A stretch of 64,000 bases of DNA from a bacterium (GCA_965207065.1 OZ242260.1:1376001-1440000), one strand, 5' to 3'; positions 9,441 to 20,960 are shown, counted from the first letter of the stretch. Numbers and translations: made by a program. The notes: generated from the sequence alone by a model not told the origin.

Positions 9441-10133
9441 TCATTCATCCAGCACGGCGACCGCCCGTATCGGCCCTCCCGAGCCGTTCCTGATTTTCAG
9501 GGGAAAACCGATGAAGCGGAAAAGACCCTTGCCGATCAACTCCTCCAGATTGCACAAGCTCTCCATGTGGGTGATGCCGAGCTCGGCGCAAGCCCTGTGC
9601 ACGTCGCTGTTTACGCTGCCCTCGGGACCCGGACGCATGGAATCAATCCCGAAAGTGACGGCCCCGGCGCGGGCGAGCCACTCCGTGGCGGCGCGGTTCA
9701 CGCCGGGGTTGTCGGTGTAGTAGGCGGGACCCGGATAGGTACGGGCGTGATGCCCGGTGCACAAGAGCACGGTGCCCCCACGAGGAACTGAAACGCCCGC
9801 TTCCTGTACCGCGGCCTCCATCTCAGAAACGCCGATCTCGGCCCTCGGGGAGATGTGCCTGAAATCGAGGCATATCCCCATGACATAACACTTCTCGAGC
9901 GGGAATTCGTCGATGCCGAGCGCGCCGGGCGACTCGTCGAAATGCCGTGGCGCGTCCAGATGCGTCGTTCCGTGATCGGACATCGAAAAATACATGGAGG
10001 TGCTTCCACTCGCCCCGCCCGACATCTCGCGCCGCTCCTCGTGCGTGACCCACGTTCCCACGACCGTCGGCGGGTGGGAGGGATAGGAGGGGGAGCGGTG
10101 GAATATCTCGCGGCTCAGATCGATGAGTCTCAT
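9441..10133 (-). CDS. Cyclase / kynurenine formamidase family metal hydrolase
   Basis: DHGTTHLDAPRHF, GIDS, ESLCNL, FPLKIRNGSGGPIRAVA. Confidence 0.9.
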   Translation of the reverse strand: MRLIDLSREIFHRSPSYPSHPPTVVGTWVTHEERREMSGGASGSTSMYFSMSDHGTTHLDAPRHFDESPGALGIDEFPLEKCYVMGICLDFRHISPRAEIGVSEMEAAVQEAGVSVPRGGTVLLCTGHHARTYPGPAYYTDNPGVNRAATEWLARAGAVTFGIDSMRPGPEGSVNSDVHRACAELGITHMESLCNLEELIGKGLFRFIGFPLKIRNGSGGPIRAVAVLDE

Positions 10134-10298
10134 CTTTCTCCTCTCACCTTAATTCATTCAACAAACGCAAGACGCTCGAAGAGTTCACCCGTGAATACTC
10201 TCATCCCTTCAGAAGCGGGAAGAGAGACATCACGGCATTCTCGCATGACGACTCGCCTGGCGGAAAGAATCTCCGGAACCCGGATGACTCGGACCGAG

Positions 10299-11684
10299 TC
10301 AATACGTGAGTTTCGAGAACCCCTCGAACAGATGCGCGAGGAATTTCTCGGACTGGAGAACGCCCGATACCTGTGCGTATTCGTTTGCCGCGTGTTTTCG
10401 CATGGCGTTGCACGGTAGCCCGCCGATCCAGGGCACGCCCAGCTTCTCCGTCCACAAGGCCACGGGCATCCCCGCGGGGTGCACGGGCCAGACTTCCGGG
10501 TCCGCGCCCATGTCCGCATGGGCCTTCAGGAAACTCTGGATCAGCGGATGCTCCAGCGGCGTTCCGCCGCCGGCGTAGTGGTTGTTCACGACGAACTCGA
10601 CGTCGCCGTAGCCGCCCTCAGCCAGGATGTTGCGGACGTTCTCGATGCGCTCGTCGGGGTCTTCTCCCGGCTGAAAGCGCATGTTCACCACGGCCTGGGC
10701 TTCTGAGGGAATGCTGACCTTCACGGATTTCCCCTCGCCCACGAATCCCGCATGAAGGCCCGTTAGGGTGAATTCCGCCTTGAACAGATGCGAGCGGACG
10801 GCAGCGTGGAAATCATCCTGCCGGAAGCGCTTGACGCCCAGGCTCTGCTTCATCCTTTCCGGGTCCATGCGCGCGGCGAGCTTTCGGCACAGTTCTTCTT
10901 CGGCCTCGCTCGGCGTCCAGCCCTCGCCATTTTGATAAATCTCCTCGAGCCTTGCCTGCAGGTAGGCGATCGCCTCCACGATGTGCTCAGCCGGATTGGC
11001 TATCCAGTTGCAGTTGAGCGCATGTATCTCGTTGCCCACCGGCCCGCCCCACTCCCCGGGACGGCAGAACAGCCTGCCCATCAGGTTGCCCTTGAGACCC
11101 AGCGGGACGATGGGCGTACCGTCGGTCTGCCCCATCGGGCAGAGCCAGTAGGCCGCGTTCGCCTTCTGCATCTTCTTCTTGTAGCGCGGGAAGAAATCCT
11201 TGATGCCGCCGCTGCCGAGTTCGGACGCCTCGTGAACGAACATCAGGTTGAGCGGGAGCTTCTCCCCTGCGGCGCGCGCCGCGTATACCGTGTTCATCAC
11301 GCAGGCGATGCCGGTCTTCATATCTTCCGCTCCCCGGCCCACGATGCAGGGCCCGAGACCTCCCAGTTCCTGAATCTGGGGGTCGAAGGGAGGGTTGATC
11401 CAGTTGGGTTCTTCCGCCGGCGTCACGTCATAGAGGCCGTGGCATAAGAGCGTTCGCTCGGCGCCCTCGTCTATCAGGCCGTAGACGACGGGAAATTCCG
11501 CCGTTTCCACCACCTCCGCCTCTCCGCCGACATCGATGATCTCATCGGCCAGCATCCGCGCCATCTCATCGTTTCCGAGGTTAAGCGCGGAGACGCTCGG
11601 CTGGCGTATGTATTTCAGGAGACGCTCGATGTGGGCGGATTCGAAATCCGCCTCGATTTGCGCGATAACCCGTTCGACATCCAT
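10299..11684 (-). CDS. M20/M25/M40 family metallo-hydrolase (atypical metal site)
   Basis: IRQPSVSA, YDVTP, GRGAEDMK, ELGS, C-terminal HAANE. Confidence 0.8.
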   Translation of the reverse strand: MDVERVIAQIEADFESAHIERLLKYIRQPSVSALNLGNDEMARMLADEIIDVGGEAEVVETAEFPVVYGLIDEGAERTLLCHGLYDVTPAEEPNWINPPFDPQIQELGGLGPCIVGRGAEDMKTGIACVMNTVYAARAAGEKLPLNLMFVHEASELGSGGIKDFFPRYKKKMQKANAAYWLCPMGQTDGTPIVPLGLKGNLMGRLFCRPGEWGGPVGNEIHALNCNWIANPAEHIVEAIAYLQARLEEIYQNGEGWTPSEAEEELCRKLAARMDPERMKQSLGVKRFRQDDFHAAVRSHLFKAEFTLTGLHAGFVGEGKSVKVSIPSEAQAVVNMRFQPGEDPDERIENVRNILAEGGYGDVEFVVNNHYAGGGTPLEHPLIQSFLKAHADMGADPEVWPVHPAGMPVALWTEKLGVPWIGGLPCNAMRKHAANEYAQVSGVLQSEKFLAHLFEGFSKLTY

Positions 11685-11724
11685 CGGAAAACCTCCTCAC
11701 CCCCTGTGGAGGATATACGGGATT

Positions 11725-12036
11725 TCAGGGAATCATGAGACCGAGCAGCGGGCCGTGCTGCTGCGCTCCGTACACGTCGCGATCACCCGGTGCGCCCGAA
11801 GTCGGCCCCTTCCTCGGTATGGTGATCTTGATGGCGTTGGCCGCGTCGAAATGGACGATCTTCACGTCTTCGGGCGCCATCTCGTAGAGTTCTGAAACCA
11901 CGCCCGGCGTGAGCGCCTCGCTGTCGGCCACCCGCCGGTAGGTCGGCTCATCGGTGAACAGCAGATCGAGCGTGATGTGCAAAGGGCCTGCGTTCTTGCT
12001 TCGCAATACCTCGGCGAGGTCGTAGAGCCGCTCCAC
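11725..12036 (-). CDS. DUF4387 domain protein
   Basis: RSKNAGP, TLDLLF, AIKITIPR, GDRDVYGAQQHGPL. Confidence 0.85.
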   Translation of the reverse strand: MERLYDLAEVLRSKNAGPLHITLDLLFTDEPTYRRVADSEALTPGVVSELYEMAPEDVKIVHFDAANAIKITIPRKGPTSGAPGDRDVYGAQQHGPLLGLMIP

Positions 12037-12038
12037 GC

Positions 12039-13403
12039 TCAGCCCACCTGCGCGAATTCGACCTCGAAGGGTGCTGCGGCGTCTTCGAGCTCCACGAGGT
12101 GATAGATGTGGAACTCATACACCGGCCCTCCCTCGAAGTCGGACGGCGAGAACGGGAAGGCGAGGTTCCCGGCGGTGGCCTTTCGGCCTTGGAAGCCCGA
12201 GTGCAAAAACGTGCTCCGTGTGAGGGAGAGCACCGCGTTCGCCGTCGTCTGATCTTTCGCGATGGCCTCCATCACAACGCCGACCTCCTGGGGGTCGCCC
12301 GGCCCATCCGCTGAGGGTCGGCCCATCACGCCGTCGCGCCCGTAGAAGATGAAGCGCAGTTCATAATCCTCGGGCGACAGCGTGCCCCGCACCATGTCCG
12401 CCACGGTGTTCTTCACGTTCGCCTCCACCTCGTCGAGACTCGCTATCAGCCGCGGGTCCGTCATCCCGGCGACGGCGATGGTGCGGTATCCCCTGAGACG
12501 CACGCCTTCAATCTTGATGGTGGGGGTCTCCGCTTGCACGAAGCGGCTGCCGCTCACCCGCACGCGGCGCTCGCTCAGTTGTTCGAACTCGGAGTCTTTG
12601 AGGTCGATCATCCCTTCGGGTTCATAGAACAGATAGGGGTCGGGCTGTTCGTACATCATGTGAGCCGCCACGGAATTGGGCGTCACCCGCATCCCCTCGT
12701 TCATCGGTTCGAGCACGAAGTGATCCTCGCGCAGCGTGCCCAGAATGCAGTCGTTCGCCCCGATGGGCATGGCGCACTGCGCGCCGCATTCGATGATTTT
12801 CGCCATGTGGAAGGCTAATCCTAAGTCGTAACCGCGCATCGCGGCGTAGGAAGTATAGATGGCCGTGTCGCAGGAGCGTCCGGCGAGAACGACATCCGCA
12901 CCGCCCTCCAGAGCCGTCATGAAAGGCGCAAGCCCCATCTGGCCCACGATGCGCACGCTCTCGTCCACCATCTCCTCGGTGAGCTCGGGGAGCTTGCCCA
13001 GGGTGCGCGTTCTGTTCTCCCGGACGGCGCGCTTCACGAACTCCTTGTCCATTTCGGAGCGGATCACCGCGAGCTTGAAGCGGTGCCCGTCGCGCTTCGC
13101 CAGCTCGTGCATCGTGTCGAGCACGCTGTCCACGTGGGGATTTCCGCCCGCCGTCCCGGCGGAGCCGATGATGTAGGGGATCTTCTTCTTTCTGGCGGCG
13201 GCCAGTGAAAAGCCCAGGTCGCGGCGTATCTGCTCGCGCTTGGTGAGCTGATCGCCGCTGCCGAGGTAGTAGGGTCCCGCGTCGGTTGAGCCGTTGTCCG
13301 CACCCATGATGTGCGGGTCTCGGGCGAGGCCGTTATCGAGAGAGGCTTTGGGGAACCCGTAGCCGAGATTGCCGCAAACGGACAATACCCTGAGTTCATC
13401 CAT
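12039..13403 (-). CDS. AtuA (acyclic terpene utilisation)/DUF1446 family protein
   Basis: GNLGYGFP, GSTDAGPYYLGSG, AGRSCD, KIIECGA, TAGNLAFPFSP; usual partner of DUF4387. Confidence 0.85.
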   Translation of the reverse strand: MDELRVLSVCGNLGYGFPKASLDNGLARDPHIMGADNGSTDAGPYYLGSGDQLTKREQIRRDLGFSLAAARKKKIPYIIGSAGTAGGNPHVDSVLDTMHELAKRDGHRFKLAVIRSEMDKEFVKRAVRENRTRTLGKLPELTEEMVDESVRIVGQMGLAPFMTALEGGADVVLAGRSCDTAIYTSYAAMRGYDLGLAFHMAKIIECGAQCAMPIGANDCILGTLREDHFVLEPMNEGMRVTPNSVAAHMMYEQPDPYLFYEPEGMIDLKDSEFEQLSERRVRVSGSRFVQAETPTIKIEGVRLRGYRTIAVAGMTDPRLIASLDEVEANVKNTVADMVRGTLSPEDYELRFIFYGRDGVMGRPSADGPGDPQEVGVVMEAIAKDQTTANAVLSLTRSTFLHSGFQGRKATAGNLAFPFSPSDFEGGPVYEFHIYHLVELEDAAAPFEVEFAQVG

Positions 13404-13497
13404 GCGAGGCTCCTGAGGTATTTTGACCGGAATATACTCGAAACCTACACGATCGCACCTGCCCGGTAAACGCTGTGAAATACAAGTTCAGCGGCGT

Positions 13498-13935
13498 TTA
13501 CGGCTGGACCCGCAGCCGCTCGGGCTCGATGATTGCCTCCACCGTTATCTCAATCATTGCGTCTGGAGGACCGAGGCGGGATATCTCGATCAGCGTGCTG
13601 GCCGGACGAACGTCCTTGAAGTATTTGAAGCGCTCATCCGAATGCTTGTAGTACTCCATGATGTCGGTCACGTAAGTCGTGGAGCTGACGATATCGTTGA
13701 ACGTCGCGCCCGCGTGGGCCAGGCCCTTGCCGATGTTCTCGCAGGTCACCCGTATCTGGGTGCGCATGTCGCCGACGCCTTGGACTTCGCCGCTCGGCTT
13801 TCGGGGCACCTGGCCGGAGAGATAGACGTGGGCGTGATCCGATCCATGAATCGTCACTACGGGCACGTAGAGCAACACTCCGTTTTCCACGCGGGACCAC
13901 ATATCGTCGGGCTGCATGAACTGTCTCTGGATCAT
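13498..13935 (-). CDS. RidA/YjgF family protein
   Basis: VYLSGQV, GATFNDIV, RPASTLIEISRL, MIEI. Confidence 0.88.
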   Translation of the reverse strand: MIQRQFMQPDDMWSRVENGVLLYVPVVTIHGSDHAHVYLSGQVPRKPSGEVQGVGDMRTQIRVTCENIGKGLAHAGATFNDIVSSTTYVTDIMEYYKHSDERFKYFKDVRPASTLIEISRLGPPDAMIEITVEAIIEPERLRVQP

Positions 13936-13960
13936 CTTGTCGTTCCTCTCTGGTTTTCGT

Positions 13961-14776
<816 letters not shown>

Positions 14777-14796
14777 GACACTCTCCTATCTGCGCG

Positions 14797-15657
14797 TTAT
14801 TCGCGCAGCGTTCCCCAACGCTGAACCGTGGTTAACTCGATGCTCCGCAAGAAAACACGCTCTACGATCACGCCCAGGATGCCGACGACCACAACGCCCC
14901 CGTACATCATATCCGCCGCCAGGAAATCCCGGGCCGAGAAAATCCGGAAACCAAGTCCCGCCTCGAGGGCGACTATCATCTCGCCGGTCACGACGATGCG
15001 CCACGCGCGGCTGAACGCAATCCGGTAGCCCGCGATGAGGCTCGGCATCGCGCCCGGAACCATCACCTGAAAGAAAAGCGTCATGCCCTTTGCGCCCATG
15101 GCCCTGCCCGCGCGGATGAGGGACGCATCCACGGTTTTCACTCCCGTCCAGGCGCTCACCATGACGGTGATCATGCCCTCGAACCAGAGCACGGAGATGA
15201 GGGTGAAATCACTCAGCCCGAACCACAGGATGACGATGGGAAAAAGCGCGAGACCCGGCACGGCCAGAAAAAAGTACATCGGCGGCGCGAGAGCCCGCTC
15301 CACCGTCTTGTTCATTCCCATCACCAGCCCGACCAGGGTTCCCGAAACGATGGCGAGGGCCGCCCCGACCAGGAGCCGGTAGAGTGAAACGTAGATGTCG
15401 AGCCAGAGGATGCCGGACTTCGCCTGCTTCACCATCGTGAACCAGATGACTTCCAGAGGCGGAAAAAGGACGGGATGAAGCGTTCCCGAATGCGCGAGCA
15501 ACTCCCAGAAGATGAGCAATCCGATGAGAGGCGCCGTCATCTGAAAGAACGCTTTGCCGGAGTTTCGGAAAACCACGTTCCAGTTCGGAGGCCCGAGTTT
15601 TCTCTCTGTCTCCGGCGCTGCTCCGGGCTGAGTTTGCGCTTTGTCGGCTGACGCCAC
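14797..15657 (-). CDS. ABC transporter permease (NitT/TauT type)
   Basis: EAA-like loop LIRAGRAMGA, RAWRIVVTGEMI. Confidence 0.9.
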   Translation of the reverse strand: MASADKAQTQPGAAPETERKLGPPNWNVVFRNSGKAFFQMTAPLIGLLIFWELLAHSGTLHPVLFPPLEVIWFTMVKQAKSGILWLDIYVSLYRLLVGAALAIVSGTLVGLVMGMNKTVERALAPPMYFFLAVPGLALFPIVILWFGLSDFTLISVLWFEGMITVMVSAWTGVKTVDASLIRAGRAMGAKGMTLFFQVMVPGAMPSLIAGYRIAFSRAWRIVVTGEMIVALEAGLGFRIFSARDFLAADMMYGGVVVVGILGVIVERVFLRSIELTTVQRWGTLRE

Positions 15658-15671
15658 AGAAAATTCCTTTC

Positions 15672-17021
15672 TCAGCTTCCGAGAGCCGTTATTCGTCCGC
15701 TTCCGAGAGCTTCTATTTGTCCGGGCTCGGGCAGGTTCGCATAGGGGTCCGGCGCGATGGCGGAGGCGTCACGCTCCCGCATGCACAGATCCAGCGCTGC
15801 GAGGGCGAACATTTTTGTCGTGTCCACCAGCGCGTCGACGTGGATGTGCTCGCCGATATCGGCATTCCAGCCGTAATCGGCATCAAACGTTCGGCCCGCC
15901 AATCCGTATGTGATGGTCTGGATGCCGTAGCGGTTCATGTGGGCGGCGTCCAGATAGGAAGTCTTTACGATGATGTTGGGCTTCTCTCCCACGATCTGCT
16001 CGTGCGCCTGGATCATCGCTTTGGAAGGAAGCGAATCCACGGGAATGCCCGAGGGCGGATGCGAGGAGAATACCTCGACCCTGGCGCCGACGTCGGGCTG
16101 CTCCTGGTTGACCCGTTCGATGACTCCCTTGAATTCCGCCTGCACGTCCTGAATCGTCTGCCCCGGAACCAGACGGACGTCCACGTAGAGACGGCACTCG
16201 ATGGGCGAGCGCGCACAGCGGTAGGGCCACCCGCCCTCGATGGCGGCCATGTTCACGTGGGGGCGCTCCCCCAGGAATTCATTGCGGCCCCGGTACTCGG
16301 GAATCCACTTCCTGATGGCCGCCTGCACCCGCTCCATCCGCTCGATGGCGCTGGCCGTGTAGTCGCCGTAGCATGTATGGCCCATCGACCCCCGCGTGAT
16401 GACCTTGAACCAGATCGTACCTCCGTGCCAGGGCGCGACCTGCATGCCGGTCGGCTCGCCTAGAATACAGAAATCCGTCAGGTAACCGTGCGAAATAAGA
16501 TGCCGTGTGCCGACGCCGTAACCGTCGTAGAGCACGTCCTGGTACTGGTCGATCCGGTTTTTCTCGATCTCTCCCGCCACGGAGGCGAGGACGATGTCGC
16601 CCTTGAGTTTCACGCCCGCGTCAGTGAGGGCCTTCGCCGCGCCGAGGTAGGAGACGTCGGCGCTTTTCATGTTCGCCGCGCCGTTTCCGATGATCCAGTC
16701 CCCCTCGCGAATCGCCTTGTTCTTGTAGCCCGGCTGGGTGAGTTCAGGCTCCTCGCCGGAATAGGAGGTATCCAGATGGCCGTTGAACATCAGCGAATAG
16801 CCGCCGCCTGTGCCCGGCGAGATGCCGACCGCGTTGTAGCGGCCCTCGGCCACCTTTTGCAGATGCGACTCGTAGCCGGCCTCCTCGTACTTCGCGTGCA
16901 TATAGCGGGCCGCTTCCTCCTCGTAGCCGGTGGGACTGGGTATGTCCACGAGTTCCATGGTGGTTTTTATCAGAAATTCCTCATCCACCGCGTCGACGAC
17001 TTTCTTTTGAAGCTCATCCAT
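15672..17021 (-). CDS. M20 family metallo-hydrolase, ArgE/DapE-like (atypical metal site)
   Basis: IPSPTGYE, FNGHLDT, GNGAANMK, ILGEPT, DAAHMN; start MDELQKK after GAGGAG. Confidence 0.82.
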   Translation of the reverse strand: MDELQKKVVDAVDEEFLIKTTMELVDIPSPTGYEEEAARYMHAKYEEAGYESHLQKVAEGRYNAVGISPGTGGGYSLMFNGHLDTSYSGEEPELTQPGYKNKAIREGDWIIGNGAANMKSADVSYLGAAKALTDAGVKLKGDIVLASVAGEIEKNRIDQYQDVLYDGYGVGTRHLISHGYLTDFCILGEPTGMQVAPWHGGTIWFKVITRGSMGHTCYGDYTASAIERMERVQAAIRKWIPEYRGRNEFLGERPHVNMAAIEGGWPYRCARSPIECRLYVDVRLVPGQTIQDVQAEFKGVIERVNQEQPDVGARVEVFSSHPPSGIPVDSLPSKAMIQAHEQIVGEKPNIIVKTSYLDAAHMNRYGIQTITYGLAGRTFDADYGWNADIGEHIHVDALVDTTKMFALAALDLCMRERDASAIAPDPYANLPEPGQIEALGSGRITALGS

Positions 17022-17070
17022 GATTCGCGATTCTCCTCGACTCGTTTGATACGCGCGCAAATCCCCTCAC

Positions 17071-17107
17071 GCCCATCCGGGAGGATGAACAATCCTTCCG
17101 GATGGGC
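17071..17107. other. Intergenic stem-loop between SBP gene and M20 gene
   Basis: GCCCATCCGGGAGGAT gaaca ATCCTTCCGGATGGGC near-perfect inverted repeat. Confidence 0.6.
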
Positions 17108-17138
17108 AGGGGAAAAGTGTTCCGGTATACCTCTCGCC

Positions 17139-18134
17139 TTACTTCATCAAATTAAAGTAGGCGTTCTCCACCAACTGGGTGTCGATGTGAGCGGTGACGT
17201 CGATGCGCTTGGGCAGCTTGCCCTTCTTCACGCTGACTTCCACGCCGTCCTGCACTTCCTTGATGTCCCTGTGCGTGATCATCGCGCGATCCCAACGCAT
17301 GAACCTGTAGAGATTGCTCTTCACCTTCTTGAGGTCGAAGTCGAAGCCCTGGCTCTTCCAGAACTCCTGCACTATCTTCGTGGACTCATCCCTGTTGCGG
17401 TTCAGGAAACGCATCGCGCGAACGTGGGCGTTCATGAAACGCTGCGCGCCGTCGGGGTTTTTCTTCTTGATGTAGGACCACGAACTCGTCAGGAAGACGG
17501 GGGAAGTGTAGCCCAGCAGTTCATCGTATTCCTTCGGTCCCATGACCATCCGGCCCAGGCCCTTGTCGACGATGATCGAACCCCAGGGCTCCCAGGTCAG
17601 CCCCGCATCCAGCGCGCCGGTCTCGAAGGCGGCGGGCAGCGAACCGGTTTTCGTGTTGCGGATCTTGAAGTCCTTGTCCGACAAGCCGATGCGAGAGAGA
17701 TACGTCATCCAGGTGGCCCAGGTTCCCGTACCCATCTGCGCGCCCACGGTCTTGCCCTTGAGGTCCATGACCGACTTGGTGGTCTTGTCCTTCACGGGCA
17801 CGAGCACCATGTTCTGGTTCCCGTAGCGGTTGAGCGCGATGCCCACGACGTCCAGTCCGCGCGCCGCGATTTGACCCACGCGGGAGCCGCGCGTGCTGAT
17901 GATGTCGGCCGTGCCGCCGATGAGAGCGTCAATCAGCGCGCGGGGGCTCGTGACCCGGCGCTTCACGTTGACTCCCTCGGCTTTGTAATAGCCCTTCTTT
18001 TCAGCGATGTATGGGATAGCCGCGTGCGAGGTGTTGTCGTGAATCAGGTTGATGACCCCTTTCGCCGCCAGCGCACTCGAGGCCATACCCAATACGACGA
18101 ACGTTGCGATCAAAACCAAACCGAACCTTTTCAT
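17139..18134 (-). CDS. ABC transporter substrate-binding protein (SsuA/NMT1-like)
   Basis: Signal peptide, IAEKKGYYKAEG, DLKGKTVG, LTWEPW. Confidence 0.88.
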   Translation of the reverse strand: MKRFGLVLIATFVVLGMASSALAAKGVINLIHDNTSHAAIPYIAEKKGYYKAEGVNVKRRVTSPRALIDALIGGTADIISTRGSRVGQIAARGLDVVGIALNRYGNQNMVLVPVKDKTTKSVMDLKGKTVGAQMGTGTWATWMTYLSRIGLSDKDFKIRNTKTGSLPAAFETGALDAGLTWEPWGSIIVDKGLGRMVMGPKEYDELLGYTSPVFLTSSWSYIKKKNPDGAQRFMNAHVRAMRFLNRNRDESTKIVQEFWKSQGFDFDLKKVKSNLYRFMRWDRAMITHRDIKEVQDGVEVSVKKGKLPKRIDVTAHIDTQLVENAYFNLMK

Positions 18135-18227
18135 TTTTTCTCCTCCAAGATTGAGAATTCACTGCTGCTACGTCAACCAGAGATGGAACCGAAGACCAAA
18201 CGACCAAAACCGGCGAAGAGCTATTCC

Positions 18228-18590
18228 TCACTCTCTCGCCGGGTGAAATATGGCCAGCAGCTTTACGTCCTTTTCCCCTCCCGTCATGCTGCGGTGCATC
18301 GTCTTTCGGGGGAGGAAGATGCAGTCTCCGCCCCGAAACTCGATGCTCCCATCCTCCAGTTCGTACCGACCCTCACCTTCGATGATGTAGATGAGTTCGT
18401 CCTCTTCGTGATCGTGCCAGTCATGCGTCTCGCCGGGGCGGAACACCGTGAGCCAGGCGTCGACGTTCCAGCCGTGATCCTCCCGCGAAGTCATCCGCCA
18501 GGCTTGCGCACCACCGTCGAGCACCTTGTGCTTCCGGGTTTCGGGCCGTATCAGGCAGGCTTCGCGATCACTCAATTCCCGTCTCTCCAA
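18228..18590 (-). CDS. Cupin domain protein
   Basis: HDWHDHEEDELIYIIEGEG, GDCIFLPRKTMH. Confidence 0.85.
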   Translation of the reverse strand: MERRELSDREACLIRPETRKHKVLDGGAQAWRMTSREDHGWNVDAWLTVFRPGETHDWHDHEEDELIYIIEGEGRYELEDGSIEFRGGDCIFLPRKTMHRSMTGGEKDVKLLAIFHPARE

Positions 18591-18751
18591 ACACTTGCCC
18601 TGCGCGCGAGATGGAAATGCCGTGTATGAAATTTGTATGATATACGAAGATGCTATGCGCTTATGCAGCTAATGTCAATCGCGCGAGGGGTGGTTGGCTA
18701 TCACGGAGCCATGTAAGGACGTAGCCCGAAACGTAGAGGGAACTCCTATCC

Positions 18752-20236
18752 TCAGGTCTTTTTCCCCTTGCGTCCTCTGCGGAAGATGCCGTCATAGAAG
18801 GTGAACACGGAGACGATCATCAACAGGGTGCCGATGGGGCTCGTGAGGAAATACCAGAACGGCTTGTTCTCGAAGGTGATCAGCGCGCGGCGCAGATTCT
18901 CGTCCGCCAGTGATCCCAGGATGACGGCCAGAACCATGGGCGCCAGCGGAAGGCCGAGGCTCCTGAGCGCGTAGCCGACGAAGCCTGAGGCCAGCATCAC
19001 GTAGACGTCGAACATGCTCAGGCGCACCGCGTACGCCCCCAGGATGCAGATGGGGATGATGATGGGCATCAACAGGGTGCGCGGCAGGCTGTAGAGCTTG
19101 ACCGCCGGCTTCACCAGCAGGAGGCCAAACACGTACATCAGGAAGTTCGCCACGATGAGCGCCCCGTAGATGAAATAGACGAGGCCCGGGTTTTCGATGT
19201 TGATGGTCGGGCCCATTATCACGTGCTTGAGTTCCAGGGCCGCCATAAAGGCGGCGGCGGGCGGGCTGCCCGGAATCCCCAGCGTGAGCGTGGGGAGGAT
19301 GGTGCCGCCGATGCACGCGTTGTTCGCCACCTCCCCGCAAACGATGCCCTCGTAGCTCCCCTTGCCGAATTTTTCCCTCTCCTCCGGGCTGGCGCGGCGC
19401 TTGCCCACGTCGTAGGCGACGAAGGCGGCGATGTTCCCGCCCGCGCCGGGAATGGCGCCTATCACCGTGCCGATGATGCCCGAGCGCACCGAGGAGCGCG
19501 CGTAGCGCCACAGCATGGAGAAGGGGGGAATCACCCGGCCGACCTTCTCGGGGATCGCGGATGGTTCTTTCTGGGGCAGCACCCAGAGCACCTCGGTCAG
19601 GCCGAAAAAGCCGATGATGACCGGAATGTAGCTGATTCCGTCTTCGAGGAGCACGCTCCCGAACGTGAAGCGCGGAACGCCATATATGTTGTCGAGTCCG
19701 ACGAAAGCGATGAGAAGCCCCAGCCAGCCGGATATCCAACCCTTGATGGGCGCCTCGCCCGAGGTGAGCGTCCCGCAGATGGCGATCCCCCAAAGCGCCA
19801 GGAGGAACATCTCCCACGAGCGGAACTGCAGGGCGATGAGCAGGATGAGGGGGATGAACACCACCAGAATCAGGATGCCCACCCAGTTGCCGAGAAAAGA
19901 GGCCACCAGCGCGGTGCCGAGCGCCAGCCCGCCCTCGCCTCTTTGGGCGAGCGGGTGGCCCTCGATCATGGTGGGAACGGCCGCGGGCGTGCCGGGAATG
20001 TTGATGAGCACGGCGGTGATCGAACCGCCGAAGACGCTCGCCGTATAAACGCCCAGCAGGAACATGATGGCCACGTCCTGGCTCATCTGGGTGGAGAGGC
20101 CGATGAGCAGCACCATGGACATGGTCGTCGAGATGCCCGGCATCGACCCCCAGAGCAGTCCCAGTACGGTGCCCAGGATGCAGAAGAACACCAGATACGG
20201 GTTTAAGGCGTGGATGAGTTGATCGATGAAAAACAC
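18752..20236 (-). CDS. tctA: Tripartite tricarboxylate transporter permease TctA (second copy)
   Basis: GGSITAVLINIPGTP, EVANNA, PTLTLGIPGS. Confidence 0.92.
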   Translation of the reverse strand: MFFIDQLIHALNPYLVFFCILGTVLGLLWGSMPGISTTMSMVLLIGLSTQMSQDVAIMFLLGVYTASVFGGSITAVLINIPGTPAAVPTMIEGHPLAQRGEGGLALGTALVASFLGNWVGILILVVFIPLILLIALQFRSWEMFLLALWGIAICGTLTSGEAPIKGWISGWLGLLIAFVGLDNIYGVPRFTFGSVLLEDGISYIPVIIGFFGLTEVLWVLPQKEPSAIPEKVGRVIPPFSMLWRYARSSVRSGIIGTVIGAIPGAGGNIAAFVAYDVGKRRASPEEREKFGKGSYEGIVCGEVANNACIGGTILPTLTLGIPGSPPAAAFMAALELKHVIMGPTINIENPGLVYFIYGALIVANFLMYVFGLLLVKPAVKLYSLPRTLLMPIIIPICILGAYAVRLSMFDVYVMLASGFVGYALRSLGLPLAPMVLAVILGSLADENLRRALITFENKPFWYFLTSPIGTLLMIVSVFTFYDGIFRRGRKGKKT

Positions 20237-20239
20237 GGC

Positions 20240-20872
20240 CTACCCCGAACCCGGCAGCGGAATGCGGAAGCCGTAGCGGAACGCGGCGGCCAGAACGAGC
20301 GTCGAAATCGCGGATACGATAAGGCACTGCGTAAAGGACTTCGGCCAGAAGATGCGCAGCACGATCGCCAGCATTGGAATGGTCACGGCCTCGAAGCTGC
20401 TGAATCCGAGCCGAAAACCTCCAATCATCAACGGGATCGTAACGATGAACGTCACCCAGTCGAGGAGCACCACGTATACGACCACCAGGCCCATCAGGAT
20501 GAGCGCCCACTGGTTCTCGTAGTCGGCGAAATACCTCCCCAGCAATTCTGCCGGGGAGAGGTTCAGCTCCGACCCGCCGCCGCGCTTGAACGCGCCGAAT
20601 CCCAAACCGATGGACATGGCCAGCAGGCTCAAGCCCGTGAGGATGGGCATGAAGCCGGGAGCGGTGAAGATGTTGTTCTCGGGATTGGGCATGAACAGCC
20701 CGAGGATAATAGCGAGAATCGCGACAACGGCCACAAGGGTCGCCATCGCCAGGTCCCTGCCTGGAGTGACGACGTCTCCCCCTTCCTCGGAAAGTAGATT
20801 CGAGGCGGCGGTGTCTTCGGGTTCATCCGCGGGCGGATGCGTCTTGCGATCATCGTCGTTCGAGGAAACCAT
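20240..20872 (-). CDS. tctB: TctB-like small membrane protein
   Basis: Multi-TM, TAPGFMP, ends FRIPLPG; lies between tctC and tctA. Confidence 0.7.
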   Translation of the reverse strand: MVSSNDDDRKTHPPADEPEDTAASNLLSEEGGDVVTPGRDLAMATLVAVVAILAIILGLFMPNPENNIFTAPGFMPILTGLSLLAMSIGLGFGAFKRGGGSELNLSPAELLGRYFADYENQWALILMGLVVVYVVLLDWVTFIVTIPLMIGGFRLGFSSFEAVTIPMLAIVLRIFWPKSFTQCLIVSAISTLVLAAAFRYGFRIPLPGSG

Positions 20873-20909
20873 GCAACTCTCTCGGCATAGAACAAAATCA
20901 ATGAATACG

Positions 20910-20960
20910 GCCTCCCCGAGCGGGCCGCCTCATCTCCAAGGCGGCCCGCTCGGGGCAGGC
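20910..20960. other. Intergenic GC-rich stem-loop downstream of tctC
   Basis: CCCCGAGCGGGCCGCCT ... AGGCGGCCCGCTCGGGG inverted repeat. Confidence 0.6.

Noticed and set aside
16488-18629. Long antisense or alternative-frame ORFs (e.g. 16488-18629, 28057-30135, 42408-44510, 18792-20510, 32185-33555)
   Set aside because: They overlap well-supported genes, carry no family motifs, and are expected shadows in GC-rich DNA.
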